A stretch of 49,822 nt of DNA, from the IMG/VR virus record IMGVR_UViG_3300044983_000106, positions 1-49,822 of that record. The stretch is one strand, 5' to 3'. The stretch comes from a virus (lineage: Duplodnaviria; Caudoviricetes). Position numbers and translations under genes: made by a program. Below the pieces are notes generated by a model. The model was not told where the DNA came from, searched no databases, and worked only from the letters and a program-made list of their open reading frames with translations. This document shows positions 37,001 through 46,382 of this stretch, piece after piece; the stretch's first letter is position 1; each line of letters starts with the position of its first letter.

Positions 37001-39755
37001 TCACGAGGAGACGCTGTACTACGGATCTAAGATCGGCCAAGCCCCTGCCACTCGGGAGAATATCCTCACTGCGGTGAAGGCTGAGTTTGGGAAGTCCACG
37101 GTTGGGAGTGTGTCCTCAGATCGGTTAATGCGCAAGGTCGGTCAACAAGGCCGTGCCATTGAGGCCGCGCATCTGAAGGAAGACTGGGCCACTGCCTTCC
37201 GCCTTGCCCAGCAACGGGAGTACACCCTGGCCGTAGCCCAAGAAGCCATGAAGGTCGAACGCGATCAGGCCAAGTTCAACAAAACCATCAAGCCAATGGC
37301 GAAGCAGTGGGACCCCACGAAGAAACAATCCATCGCAGCGGATTGGAACATCTACATGCGGGATATATTGTCTCGGGTCGAGCGGCCGTATGGGATGTCG
37401 GTGCAGGGGCTGGCGAAGGCCGTTGGGGAGTCTGGCTACAAGGGGCTTCAGGACTTCATCGAAACCAAGGAACGAGACAATGCCATCCAGGGTCTCAACA
37501 TTCCAGTTGCGGACTATCTCCTTGACCCCCAGTTCCACAAACCCTTTGGCGACCTTACCGTAGATGAGTTCCGAGGGCTCAAGCAATCCATCGACTCCCT
37601 TCGCCATCTTGGACGTGAAGAACAGCGCATTGAAGTCGCTGGAGAGAAGCAAGACCGAAAGGATTGGCTGACCAAAGCTCGAGACCAACTGACCCAAAAG
37701 TTCCCCGCCGTCAAGGTCATCACCAAAGCCGGCGCTGCTCGAACCTACCTCGCCGCTCTCACCAATCTCGAAACCCTCTTTGGGCGGTTCGATGGCCGAG
37801 ACCCCAGAGGCTTGTTCACCAAGTTCTTCATCTACCCCGGGATGGAAGCCGGCTCATACAAGACCCGCCTGGAGAAGGACTTTGCCTCAGTGGCTGCCGA
37901 TCTCGGCAAGATCAAAGATCCCAAGAAGGCTCTGGACTCGCCCTTTGTGGATCCGCACAATGGCGAGAAGATTCCCTTCACCCGCAAGAACCTCGAAGCC
38001 GTCCTTGCCAACATGGGCAACCCATACAACATCCGAGTGTTGACCGAGGGCTGGAAGATCAACAAAGACGCCCTGTGGAAGTGGTTGGAGATGGTGACCA
38101 CCCCCGAGGACTGGGATCGGGCTCAAGCCCGTGGAGATATGTTCTCCAAGGCCAAGGGGATGTCGGATACGGTGTACCAGCAGATGTATGGAGTGGCACC
38201 TGAGGACATTCAGGTGGTGCCGTTTACTATCCATGGGAAGACCTACCCGGGGTATTACCACCCGATTGATTATGATCCGCTGCGGTCACGGCTGTCGAAG
38301 ATCCAATCCAGTGATCCCTCCAAACCCAAGTTTGATTCCTTCTGGCCCTCGCCCTCGAACGCCTACACCAAGCGCCGTTCGGGCAACATAGATGTGATCA
38401 ACCTCGATCCGGACATGATCCCGATTAAGCTCAATCAGATCCTTCACGACATTGCCTTTCGTCAGTTCGTTGCCAACACGGCTAAGATCACTCGGGACAA
38501 TGGCTTTCGTCGGGACATCTCCTATCACTATGGCCCGGAGTATGTGGAAGCCATCGACAAGTGGCTGGAGCGGATTGCGGGAAATGCCAGTTACAACTCC
38601 GACGCTATGGCTCTAGCCAGTCGCATTTCCAATCGCCTTCGTCAGAATGTGGTCTCAACCTACATCGCCTTTGGGCTTACCACGATCGAAAAGCACGGTC
38701 CCACAGCGGCGCTGATGTCAGCGAAGGAAGTTGGCAACGTCGCGAAGTTCGCTAGAGTGTCAGCTGAGGTTGGCGCTAGTCATTTCTCCAATGCCATGCT
38801 CGATCTCTTTGGCCGTGACCCTGACCTAGGCAACAGCCTGTGGAAACACGCCGTCGACTCCAGTGAGGAACTCCAACAGCGGGACCGGAACTTCCTCAAC
38901 ACTGTGATGGGCCAACATGACATCCTCACGGGTAAGTCCACCCTCCGGAACAAGGTGGCCGAGATCGGCTCTAAGGGCGTGGCGTTTAGCGACATGCTCT
39001 CAGCGGTGCCGCTGTGGGTGGCCAAGTATCGTGAGGCCTTGGAAGAGAACCCTGATCATGGTGAGGCTACATACATAGCCAACCGGGCAGTGAGGCGGGC
39101 GCATGGGTCGACCAATGTGGTTAATCAACCCATGATTGTGTCTACCAACGGCGTCTTGGCCCCTTGGCTCACCTCCATCTACGGGTTCTTTGGCACCAAC
39201 ATGCAGCGCCGAATTGAGATCGCCCATGACATCAACGATGCTTACAAACTCGGGCGTCAAGGTGACATCTGGGGCGCAGCCAAGATGGCGCCCCAGATAG
39301 TGTCCTCACTGTTCACGTATGTGATCTGGCCAGGCCTTGTAGAAGAGTGGGTCACTGGTCAGTTCACCGATGACAAACGCGGCTGGGGAACGCATACCCT
39401 CAGCTTTGCCTTAGGGACTGCAGCGTCCACATTCATTGGCCTTCGGGATATGGTCTATGGCCTCACCCACGGCCGCGATCCGCAGGTGGGATTGCTTGGA
39501 TCTCCCTTGGATGACGTAAAGCGCCTAGTTGGCGATGCCACTAAACACCGCCCGGTGGATAAGGTCAATGCCGGCAAGCTCGTTCAGGATGCCATCACTG
39601 TCTTCGGTGATGCCACTGGAATGGGGCCGAAACACATCGGCACCGCCGTTCGCTATGGCATGGACGTCTACAACGACATTCAACGACCAAAGACCGCGGG
39701 GGATGTCTTCCGTGGAGTTGTATCCGGCAAGCAAAGCAAACATGTGGAGAAGTAA
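34083..39755 (+). CDS. large ejection protein (T7 gp16-like position), polyvalent
   Basis: 1890 aa; HEAIH...EEAIAE zincin-like motif; position. Confidence 0.8.
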   Translation: MVDATDIVTGLARSRNEALPQVVGNIDEDPDRAQRAYDLAKITGTPATSIYGDLDEFEHNTKAKVASDIVANNPHLTTFVQSNPMVPKIFANSYGVLDEVSSKISAISLPIRKGFNIGVGSGKLGDWTGIDWEDPAFQAEHPNQSMVAALATGITDPFEAAMRMMSGGVYGTAYGLAAAYKSIVGKDFPIDPDDLAQAVQDPATMATLGPLGEMAGAALSHNAHLAKAIPWIEHDRLPPPTVLPELDKFREDQNSKDIERLLDATKAAAGVPERTTSPDLYRQFIADHTDAEISVSGDAVAALYGDKLPLPDDNLLGWVPGIEDKVAAARASGDDVHIPLADWLTHIPDLPDVMKALEDDIRVRPEGITKNEAELAKEAKEAQPEGTPGTTPLPDPVSAVRSASALEPMLSIGDRKLALQRMQQDAGTQFGVAQGFHDFHLMDEKGNPVGALNISEQKGGKDLYVDGITGVNGLGPRDFGPRLMIDLLKQLKAEFPNAERLGGHRVSGAREAAGKEMIMPAAWIKLDNPKGWETAEGQNELRRVLEGGQWETYSPGTRAYIKPLFERAEEDQKLIRMVNAELYRIVPKKVQIGVADRIEAGAAKGQAGAIEPVGIYIRYRETYPIILTSLEGADPLGTARHEAIHHLRNYGFFDKGEWATLETAARDNGWMEKYGTHRQYPTGDLNLKLEEAIAEGYRHWVHDELQVTPEVQGVFAKLKQFFDNIREQISQMLGKPASWEDIFKKVDIGEIGSREGTTPIDPRSFDEKLSVQPPEGGSRPFERAQTLGMTDTAFRAYDKRLQERHQDDVAKATARAERQKSRQLTSEWKSNRAEVRKEVADSIRNRPDVAADLFLAGDGLYGRQRGMAYKLDADALSPKQKAMLPPEYYGKDGLHPDDVARMFGYGSGDTMVDKLSAYNVTRRMANMSSKDFVARVIDIETDRQMKLRYGNLDENIMDSVKEQVAGETQQNLVHEETLYYGSKIGQAPATRENILTAVKAEFGKSTVGSVSSDRLMRKVGQQGRAIEAAHLKEDWATAFRLAQQREYTLAVAQEAMKVERDQAKFNKTIKPMAKQWDPTKKQSIAADWNIYMRDILSRVERPYGMSVQGLAKAVGESGYKGLQDFIETKERDNAIQGLNIPVADYLLDPQFHKPFGDLTVDEFRGLKQSIDSLRHLGREEQRIEVAGEKQDRKDWLTKARDQLTQKFPAVKVITKAGAARTYLAALTNLETLFGRFDGRDPRGLFTKFFIYPGMEAGSYKTRLEKDFASVAADLGKIKDPKKALDSPFVDPHNGEKIPFTRKNLEAVLANMGNPYNIRVLTEGWKINKDALWKWLEMVTTPEDWDRAQARGDMFSKAKGMSDTVYQQMYGVAPEDIQVVPFTIHGKTYPGYYHPIDYDPLRSRLSKIQSSDPSKPKFDSFWPSPSNAYTKRRSGNIDVINLDPDMIPIKLNQILHDIAFRQFVANTAKITRDNGFRRDISYHYGPEYVEAIDKWLERIAGNASYNSDAMALASRISNRLRQNVVSTYIAFGLTTIEKHGPTAALMSAKEVGNVAKFARVSAEVGASHFSNAMLDLFGRDPDLGNSLWKHAVDSSEELQQRDRNFLNTVMGQHDILTGKSTLRNKVAEIGSKGVAFSDMLSAVPLWVAKYREALEENPDHGEATYIANRAVRRAHGSTNVVNQPMIVSTNGVLAPWLTSIYGFFGTNMQRRIEIAHDINDAYKLGRQGDIWGAAKMAPQIVSSLFTYVIWPGLVEEWVTGQFTDDKRGWGTHTLSFALGTAASTFIGLRDMVYGLTHGRDPQVGLLGSPLDDVKRLVGDATKHRPVDKVNAGKLVQDAITVFGDATGMGPKHIGTAVRYGMDVYNDIQRPKTAGDVFRGVVSGKQSKHVEK

Positions 39756-39758
39756 ACG

Positions 39759-40403
39759 ATGATTGACCAGATGATTACCCTAGCGCCATGGTTCGTGGTG
39801 TTGGTTGTGTATGTAGGCGAGAAGATTCAACAGATCATTCAAGCCCGATCGCTGAATGCAGCGCTTGAGCGAGCACAGGGCGCAGTGCATTCGACCATTG
39901 CGCCGGCACCACAGCCTGAGCCACTGCCGTCACCGAAGCCAGTGGCTGCTCCCACTCCGCACATCTCCACCCAACCTGTTGATGTTGTTGATCAAGGCCT
40001 TGTGGACTTCATCAAGAAGGAAGAAGGCTTTACGGCTCGAGCTATGTGGGATTACAAGCAATACTCCATTGGGTATGGCACCAAGGCCAACTCAGCCACT
40101 GAGGTCATAACCGCGGCCGAGGCCGAAGCCCGGCTCACAGTCGAGATCGACAAGGCCTGGAAACTGGTGGAGCCAATCTTGCCTGAGGGTACTCCCATCG
40201 GCATTAAGCAGGCCCTCCTGGACTTGACCTACAACGCTGGCTCTGGATGGGAGCATGAGTCCTTAGGCGCTGCGGTTAAGGCCGCCAAATGGGACACCGT
40301 GAAAGCAGACATCCTTCGGTATAACCACGCTGGAGGGGCAGTAAACGCCGGACTTACCAAACGGCGGGAAGCTGAAGTATCGTGGTTCGACAACCCCTTG
40401 TGA
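39759..40403 (+). CDS. endolysin, GH24 lysozyme with N-terminal TM segment
   Basis: EEGF...WD...SIGYGT, DLTYNAG, GLTKRREAE; Pro-rich linker. Confidence 0.88.
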   Translation: MIDQMITLAPWFVVLVVYVGEKIQQIIQARSLNAALERAQGAVHSTIAPAPQPEPLPSPKPVAAPTPHISTQPVDVVDQGLVDFIKKEEGFTARAMWDYKQYSIGYGTKANSATEVITAAEAEARLTVEIDKAWKLVEPILPEGTPIGIKQALLDLTYNAGSGWEHESLGAAVKAAKWDTVKADILRYNHAGGAVNAGLTKRREAEVSWFDNPL

Positions 40404-40410
40404 GGACATT

Positions 40411-40764
40411 ATGACTGAAGCCACCACCGTTACCACGTCTGCTACGTCTGGGATTGCGTCTGCGGCGGCCACTGCTGAAAAGGTCGTTGAGGCTATCGCG
40501 AAGGTCGAAGGGCCTATCCTAACCGGCGTTTCGATTTTCGTTCCCGGTGCCGCTGCGATCACTGTTCCGTTGGAGACCATCCTGCCGTTGATCATCCCCG
40601 ATATCGAACGGGCCCTCAACGACATCTCCAAGGGATCCTATTCGGATATCTTCATGGTCGCCCGGGAGTTCGTGCAGCACATCTCCAAGGGCCTGCCGAA
40701 CTCGCCGATCTTGTCGAAGATCGAGGCCGCTACCAAGGCCGTTGGTCCAATCACAGCAGGCTAA
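40411..40764 (+). CDS. hypothetical protein
   Basis: SD GAGGA; amphipathic. Confidence 0.7.
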   Translation: MTEATTVTTSATSGIASAAATAEKVVEAIAKVEGPILTGVSIFVPGAAAITVPLETILPLIIPDIERALNDISKGSYSDIFMVAREFVQHISKGLPNSPILSKIEAATKAVGPITAG

Positions 40765-40775
40765 AGGCTACCCCG

Positions 40776-41282
40776 ATGGCGGATGCAGTGATCAGACTTC
40801 GCTTTGTCCGCCATCGGGGCTTTGCCTGTGGCGCTATTGTGTGGCGATCGGGAATGGTGGGGATGCCGTTTATTCCCACTCATGTGGAATGCGTGACGCC
40901 AGAGTGGACCTGTGTTGGGCAGTTTGGTTATGGCGGGATGCAAGAACGGCCGATGGGGTATGACCTAAAGGAGATCTACATCGACCGCAACTATGGTCCG
41001 TGTGCGATTATTGTGGAACTGCCGGCCACTCAAACACAAGCATGTGAGTTCTATACTTCAGCCCGAGCCGCCATCGGTGAGCCCTATGATTGGTCAGCCC
41101 CATGGGGGTTTCTATTTCCCGGGCACCATCACAAGAAATACCACTCGGTGTGTTCTTCGAAGATGTTCCTCCTATTGCGTAAGGTCGGTTACTTCCGCTG
41201 GCCAGTAACTGTGCCTGCCCATTTAATCGATCCCCAGCAGCTTATGCTAGTTCTTTCTACCCACGTGGAGATCCCACATTGA
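40776..41282 (+). CDS. permuted papain-like (NlpC/P60, YiiX-like) enzyme
   Basis: THVE...IGEPYDW...VCS with His before Cys. Confidence 0.7.
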   Translation: MADAVIRLRFVRHRGFACGAIVWRSGMVGMPFIPTHVECVTPEWTCVGQFGYGGMQERPMGYDLKEIYIDRNYGPCAIIVELPATQTQACEFYTSARAAIGEPYDWSAPWGFLFPGHHHKKYHSVCSSKMFLLLRKVGYFRWPVTVPAHLIDPQQLMLVLSTHVEIPH

Positions 41283-41285
41283 GGA

Positions 41286-41585
41286 ATGGAAATGGCCAAT
41301 GACTTCTACGGGCTCAACTTAAAAGAAATCGCCATCGGCATCCAAGGGGCATTCTCTGGGGTATTTATCTTACGGCGGAAGAAGCTTTGGGATGTACTGG
41401 GGACCATCTTCGTCGGCGCTGTCACTGCCAACTACGTCGGTCCAGCACTGGCACGGTATTTAAACCTAACCGATTATCACGACCTGATTGTTTACTTTTG
41501 TGGGTTAGGGGGTTGGACCGTTTGCCTTGGTGTTTTGAAATGGTTCGACCTTTATTCGAGACCGTATGAAAGGTCTAAGGAATGA
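41286..41585 (+). CDS. putative holin
   Basis: Three hydrophobic segments, charged C-terminus, lysis region. Confidence 0.65.
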   Translation: MEMANDFYGLNLKEIAIGIQGAFSGVFILRRKKLWDVLGTIFVGAVTANYVGPALARYLNLTDYHDLIVYFCGLGGWTVCLGVLKWFDLYSRPYERSKE

Positions 41586-41902
41586 ACTTGTACGCTTGGA
41601 TTGATTTGGCTGGGGTTATTGTGGTGCTGGTTGTAATGACGCTAACGGAGCATGACGAGATCAATCGTGTTGCACCAGTGTGGCTTCAGTGGCTGCGTCG
41701 AGCGTCGTTGGGGTCGTTGGTGTTTTTGCTTTGCAATGCCATTCGGCAGGAGGGGTCTGAGATGTCCCTAAGGTTGCTGGAATGGGATGGGATTGTGGTG
41801 ATGGTGATCAATGCTGTGGCGCTGACCCTTCGCAAGACCCCAGACGAGAATGGCAGTCGGTTGCCAGCACCAAATGCGGCTAAGGAAAGGCAACGGCAAT
41901 GA
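41582..41902 (+). CDS. membrane protein (lysis region)
   Basis: Three hydrophobic segments. Confidence 0.6.
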   Translation: MNLYAWIDLAGVIVVLVVMTLTEHDEINRVAPVWLQWLRRASLGSLVFLLCNAIRQEGSEMSLRLLEWDGIVVMVINAVALTLRKTPDENGSRLPAPNAAKERQRQ

Positions 41903-42108
41903 GTGATTGGATAGATAATGTGCTGCGAATCATGACTGCTGTGGCTGCCTGTGGTGCAGTGATCATGAGTATCATCAATTCATTCAAGATCCGTGAGGTT
42001 CATGTGTCGATCAATAGCCGCATGGATCAGTTGCTGGAGCAGAAGGGCCTGGCCTCAAGGGCTGAGGGTGCGGCCGAAGAACGTGCGGCTAAGGTCGAAC
42101 TGCCTTAA
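41899..42108 (+). CDS. small membrane-anchored protein
   Basis: N-terminal TM, VHVSINSRMDQLL. Confidence 0.6.
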   Translation: MSDWIDNVLRIMTAVAACGAVIMSIINSFKIREVHVSINSRMDQLLEQKGLASRAEGAAEERAAKVELP

Positions 42109-43327
42109 ACCATCTCTGTCCGAACTTGTCGATGCCTTTGGCGGTGATCTGCCCCGATGCCACCATAACCTCAATGACCCGGAGGATGGAATGCATCGGG
42201 ATTCGGGTTCGGGCGAAGTTCACGATCTGGTGCTCGGGCAGTCCCTGGCCTTTGTCTAAGGCGTGGATGAAGTGGACGATTTCGTCGACGGCGCGGGCAT
42301 CGGTTCCATTCGATCCTGAGGTGAAAATATCCGGCATAGTGGACTCTGCTTCGAGCAGCCAACCCATAGCCCGATTGAAATCCTCCTTCGCGAGGAGAAG
42401 TACGTCACCTCGGTCCGCAGCAGCCACCATCGCAAGCTTATACAGGTGTACGCGCCTTCGCGTTTTATAGTGTAGAAGCTTTGGGTGGCTGACACTAGGG
42501 GGCTCACCCAACGCCCGCCAATTGTTAACCGCATCACGAAAGTCCGCGGTGACCTTGAACTCGCCATTGAGCGCTCCTATCATTTTGATGTCATGCACAA
42601 GTTTATCATTGGGTCGGACTTCCTTCTCAGCGAAGTCATCCCCAATGATGCGTTCATCCGAGTTGATTAGCATAATGCGGGAGGTGAACCCTTGATCCCA
42701 TGCGAACTCCGGCATCATGGAAAGCAGATTCGATGGGGTTGTGGCCGAAATGAGGTTCACCTGTCCGCGGGAGATCTTGACCTTGTTCTCCGGGCGGCCA
42801 CGGCGTTCTTCTTCATAGGGGTCTGGGTCGTAGAAGTGACTGAGCAGTGACACCATCTGCGCGGTGTATTCGTGCATGAACGCACCAAGCTCTTCCGCAG
42901 TGATCACGGTGTTGTAGTACTCAAGGGGTGGATCTGGAAGCCGTGGGATGAAGCGTTTGGACGCGGCGATCTTATCCACAAGGCTGGCGCCAGTGACGGA
43001 GGTCGGGGCAAAGTGGAACTCCGGTAACTCTGCCATGAACTTCTTTGCCGCGCGGATGATCCGAGTCTTACCTACCCCCGGATGTCCGATGATGAACACA
43101 TACATGTTGGGGTAGAGCAGCGACCCGGCTGATACCATTCCACACTTCATCTCCATGGCGGCAGCGATGGTGAATATGGCCGCCCACTTCCGAAATAGGG
43201 CTGGGCTCTCCAAATTATCGGTATGCTCGGTGAACGACTCTATCCAAGATTCCAACTTCCGCTTGCCGGGTCCGCGTGTCGTGGCCAGTGTAGTCTCTGA
43301 GCCCTTCGGGGTTCGTTGATGCATCAT
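42089..43327 (-). CDS. DUF3987-type primase/helicase ATPase
   Basis: ESPALF..W, YPNMYV.IIGHPGVGKT, GFTSR; next to polymerase. Confidence 0.8.
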   Translation of the reverse strand: MMHQRTPKGSETTLATTRGPGKRKLESWIESFTEHTDNLESPALFRKWAAIFTIAAAMEMKCGMVSAGSLLYPNMYVFIIGHPGVGKTRIIRAAKKFMAELPEFHFAPTSVTGASLVDKIAASKRFIPRLPDPPLEYYNTVITAEELGAFMHEYTAQMVSLLSHFYDPDPYEEERRGRPENKVKISRGQVNLISATTPSNLLSMMPEFAWDQGFTSRIMLINSDERIIGDDFAEKEVRPNDKLVHDIKMIGALNGEFKVTADFRDAVNNWRALGEPPSVSHPKLLHYKTRRRVHLYKLAMVAAADRGDVLLLAKEDFNRAMGWLLEAESTMPDIFTSGSNGTDARAVDEIVHFIHALDKGQGLPEHQIVNFARTRIPMHSILRVIEVMVASGQITAKGIDKFGQRWFKAVRP

Positions 43328-44729
43328 ATTCACCTTTATTCCAACCGACCTTCGTATCGTATGGTATACGCAATTCACGTCCGTGTTTGAGTGGGATGGT
43401 TACTATTAGGTCTGATTGGATTCTGGGGATGATTTCATCTTCGAGATGTTCTGGATACTGGAACGTTAATGCATCATGCTCATGCATGCAGATGATAACG
43501 TAATTCTGCTTCCAGATATGGAGCATGGCGCGGTTTACGATGTCGGCCAAAGACCCTTGAGGATCATAGGCAATTGCTTCCCTGAGGACATCTGGATCAT
43601 TACGTCGGCCAAAAAACCATCGCTTGCGCCCAGTGAGCGAAACCAAGTAACCTGTTCGTCGGAGAGTGGAATCGACAAATTGCTGCCACTGTTGGTGTGC
43701 AGGGAAAGCTTTGAAGTACTTGGGCTGGAAGGCGATGACGATGTCGACGGGTAGTCCATTGGCTTTGGCGAGGGTGTTTGGCTGTCCTCCGTATGAGGTG
43801 GAGTGTCCGAGCTTTTTGGCAACTTGTCGGTAACTGTGATGACGATAGAAAGGCCTTCCCGCCAGTTCTTTATCTGTGCGTTTATCTCCAGTCCATTTGA
43901 ATCCGTTGGGAGTTGGCCAACAGAGCTTAGCAACTGTTGTATGGATATCAGTAAGTTCGATTGCATCAAGGTAAGTCCAGTCATTGAATAGGTTTCCTTC
44001 TATGGCACCGACCAAATAGCTCTCACCCGACTTGGCATCACACTTCGCAAACTTCATCCCTCGGTCGGCGATGAATATGCTTCTAAGACTTTCCTCCACA
44101 TTCTGAAGATTGCCGCCTGTTCCAAAAGCGCTGAAGCTAGAGCTAAAGCGACCAGTGTTTGTGCCTGCGATGTTGTATGTTGTTCGGATTCGGCCATCTG
44201 GGTCTACCTCTGTTTTGAGCTTTTTGATCTTCTCAGCAAGGTCAGCGATTGCGTTCATGTGGATGATGATGGGCTTGGCGATTGTATAGGATTCCATCTT
44301 CTCCCGGGCAGCGCGGTCGGTGGTGGGGCGGCCCTTGTTTCGGATTGGGGGGATGCCCAGCTTGTCGTAGAAGAGGGTCATTCGGTCTGGTGGGCTGCGC
44401 CAGTTGAATCCGAGCATGCCCACACCCTCAAGGACTATTCGGCTTAGGTTTCGTTCGAGGTGGTCGATTTTGTCGTAGAAATCGTCGATGACTTCTCCAA
44501 GTCTATGCTTATCGACACGCACGCCTCGCAGTGACATTTCAAGCGCTGGGCCTTGTAGGCTTCTAGAAAAGGCGTAGGTCGCGGAGGTATGTTGGTCCAA
44601 CTGAGGTAGCATTGCATCAAGAACCTGCCTAGTTATCAGTACGTCAAGACCGTTGTAAATCTGGTCGGCGTCCCATTGGTTAGTGATGTCTTCAGGCATA
44701 GTGATGGCGGTGTTGATTATGCGCGCCAT
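43215..44729 (-). CDS. polA: family A DNA polymerase, polymerase part (includes ExoIII)
   Basis: YNGLD, TNTGRFSS, NLQN, CDAKSGE (motif A), RQVAKKLGHSTSYG (B), HEHDAL (C). Confidence 0.93.
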   Translation of the reverse strand: MARIINTAITMPEDITNQWDADQIYNGLDVLITRQVLDAMLPQLDQHTSATYAFSRSLQGPALEMSLRGVRVDKHRLGEVIDDFYDKIDHLERNLSRIVLEGVGMLGFNWRSPPDRMTLFYDKLGIPPIRNKGRPTTDRAAREKMESYTIAKPIIIHMNAIADLAEKIKKLKTEVDPDGRIRTTYNIAGTNTGRFSSSFSAFGTGGNLQNVEESLRSIFIADRGMKFAKCDAKSGESYLVGAIEGNLFNDWTYLDAIELTDIHTTVAKLCWPTPNGFKWTGDKRTDKELAGRPFYRHHSYRQVAKKLGHSTSYGGQPNTLAKANGLPVDIVIAFQPKYFKAFPAHQQWQQFVDSTLRRTGYLVSLTGRKRWFFGRRNDPDVLREAIAYDPQGSLADIVNRAMLHIWKQNYVIICMHEHDALTFQYPEHLEDEIIPRIQSDLIVTIPLKHGRELRIPYDTKVGWNKGEYDASTNPEGLRDYTGHDTRTRQAEVGILDRVVHRAYR

Positions 44730-45835
44730 CACTTGTCTCGGCCTATTGTCTCGACAGTCTTCTGAGACTTCCATGCTCCGAAGTCACAGTATAGGGATCC
44801 GAGGTATCCCAAACCCTTCAACGACTCCGGTTGAAGTGCGTGGCTCAAGAGCATGGTATCATGCACCGTCCCCATCACTCCGATTCCGTAGGCTCGCCAC
44901 AGGAAGGCGATGTCGTAGAGACCGTTTTGGAAGAGCTTAGCAATCCTTCCGTCAGTAAGAACGTCTGCAATAAGGTGCCAAGCTTTGCGCTCACTATTTC
45001 CGTCCGGCCAATAACTTCCTGTCTTTGATCGCTCGTCATCGAAAGGAATAACGATCGCCCGGCTTGCATCAGCGGCAAACCCGATACAGGTAATTCGGCT
45101 TCCAGCTGTTTCAATGTCGACAGAAAGGATGTCGCATTCTCTAACGTATCGTAGTATGAACTCATCGATATCCTCCAAAGTTGGTTCAATCCAAATCTCA
45201 CACGCCGGGCGCCGAACATCCGGGAAGGCATTCTCCCGACCGGCCTTCGCCAAGTCTATGCACGTCGTCGGCCGTAACTCCCACTGCCTCAACACCGCCG
45301 CTGGGTGATAGGTAGGCATGAGCTTGAAGCCAGAAACAAGGTGCGTTGTGAGTGTGGTGGTGCCACGAAGTTTCGATACGCCCGTGCGGCCACAAAGAGC
45401 CCAAAGAGCAGTATTGCCCAGAGCGACAATGAGATTAGGATCAGCAGCCAGTATCTCGTCACCAAGCCGGTCCAACTCCGATTGATACCCGGCTTGGACA
45501 TATTTGCTTGGCAGGAGCGGAGGATATCCTGGGATTCGGTTTTCTTTAGGGCCACAGAACCACTCCAATCGATTGGCAGGGGGATGGATGTTGAAGACGT
45601 TGGTGAGATAGAACTCGTCACGATGTAGTGCCCATATCGACGCCACCGCACGCGGGTCGCCGCGGGAGTAGAAGTCGGAGATGTATTGTCGGTCGATGGA
45701 GGTAAGGGTGAGTTGTCCAGCATCACTGAGCATCCTTAGGAGTTCGAGGCCGGAGTGGCCACAAAATGGGGTTTTGGTTCTGGCTTCGTTCTCGCCCCAA
45801 CTTTCCCCGATCAACATGAGAGGCTTCAAAAACAC
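44729..45835 (-). CDS. uracil-DNA glycosylase (family 4-like) fused to 3'-5' exonuclease
   Basis: IGESWGENE...PFCG.SG, YLTNV, IVALG..A, TYHPAAVLR; VDIET, QNGLYD, HDTMLLSH. Confidence 0.88.
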   Translation of the reverse strand: MFLKPLMLIGESWGENEARTKTPFCGHSGLELLRMLSDAGQLTLTSIDRQYISDFYSRGDPRAVASIWALHRDEFYLTNVFNIHPPANRLEWFCGPKENRIPGYPPLLPSKYVQAGYQSELDRLGDEILAADPNLIVALGNTALWALCGRTGVSKLRGTTTLTTHLVSGFKLMPTYHPAAVLRQWELRPTTCIDLAKAGRENAFPDVRRPACEIWIEPTLEDIDEFILRYVRECDILSVDIETAGSRITCIGFAADASRAIVIPFDDERSKTGSYWPDGNSERKAWHLIADVLTDGRIAKLFQNGLYDIAFLWRAYGIGVMGTVHDTMLLSHALQPESLKGLGYLGSLYCDFGAWKSQKTVETIGRDK

Positions 45836-46302
45836 TTCTCCTCAACCAATCTTGCATACCCGACCACGTCCTCCCAGTGCTGTTTCTCCATCGACCGCCC
45901 AGATAGGATTCGAGAGAACTTCAGTGCGATCATGTCCATGGACTCACGCTCAATCACACTCAGCCGATGCCAGCCCGGAAAGCTTCGAAAGATGTCTTTC
46001 AACATCTGACTGACTATGGCATTATCCTCGAAATTGCCATGGGTGGTTTGACGGCGATCTAGGAGGTCTTCCGCAGCAGTTTGATGATCGTGTGTTCGCT
46101 CCGAAGTAGTGCCCGGGCTATCTTGGCGATCGACATCCCTTCGCGGCGCGCCGAAAGGACGAGACCCCGTTCCAGCGGCGTCATGTGACATTTCGACCCC
46201 CGTTTGGATAGGGGTCTCCGTGTGGTTTTGAGCTTCCCCGAGTAAGGAATTAACATCGAACACGGGCCTCCGTTTTAGGTCGTCGGTGATGGGTTTGGTC
46301 AT
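45826..46302 (-). CDS. DUF6378-like protein
   Basis: R..THGNF...MDMIALKFSRILSG...HWEDVVGYA. Confidence 0.7.
   Translation of the reverse strand: MTKPITDDLKRRPVFDVNSLLGEAQNHTETPIQTGVEMSHDAAGTGSRPFGAPRRDVDRQDSPGTTSERTHDHQTAAEDLLDRRQTTHGNFEDNAIVSQMLKDIFRSFPGWHRLSVIERESMDMIALKFSRILSGRSMEKQHWEDVVGYARLVEEKCF
46059..46184 (-). CDS. 41-aa helix-turn-helix protein in an alternative frame
   Basis: MTPLER...REGMSIAKIARALLRSEHTIIKLL resembles IS30/HTH_38-type HTH. Confidence 0.55.
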   Translation of the reverse strand: MTPLERGLVLSARREGMSIAKIARALLRSEHTIIKLLRKTS

Positions 46303-46373
46303 TTGGGTCCAGCTCCGAAAGAGAAAATCAGGCAAAGCATGACAAGAATCAGGAAGAGTTCAGTTTCAATCAT
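46299..46373 (-). CDS. 24-aa hydrophobic peptide
   Basis: MIETELFLILVMLCLIFSFGAGPK; SD GGAG; ATGA overlap. Confidence 0.5.
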   Translation of the reverse strand: MIETELFLILVMLCLIFSFGAGPK

Positions 46374-46382
46374 GATGGCTCC

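Noticed and set aside
43215-46302. Z-base or other modified-DNA pathway
   Set aside because: No PurZ, DatZ, deaminase or base-modifying transferase recognised
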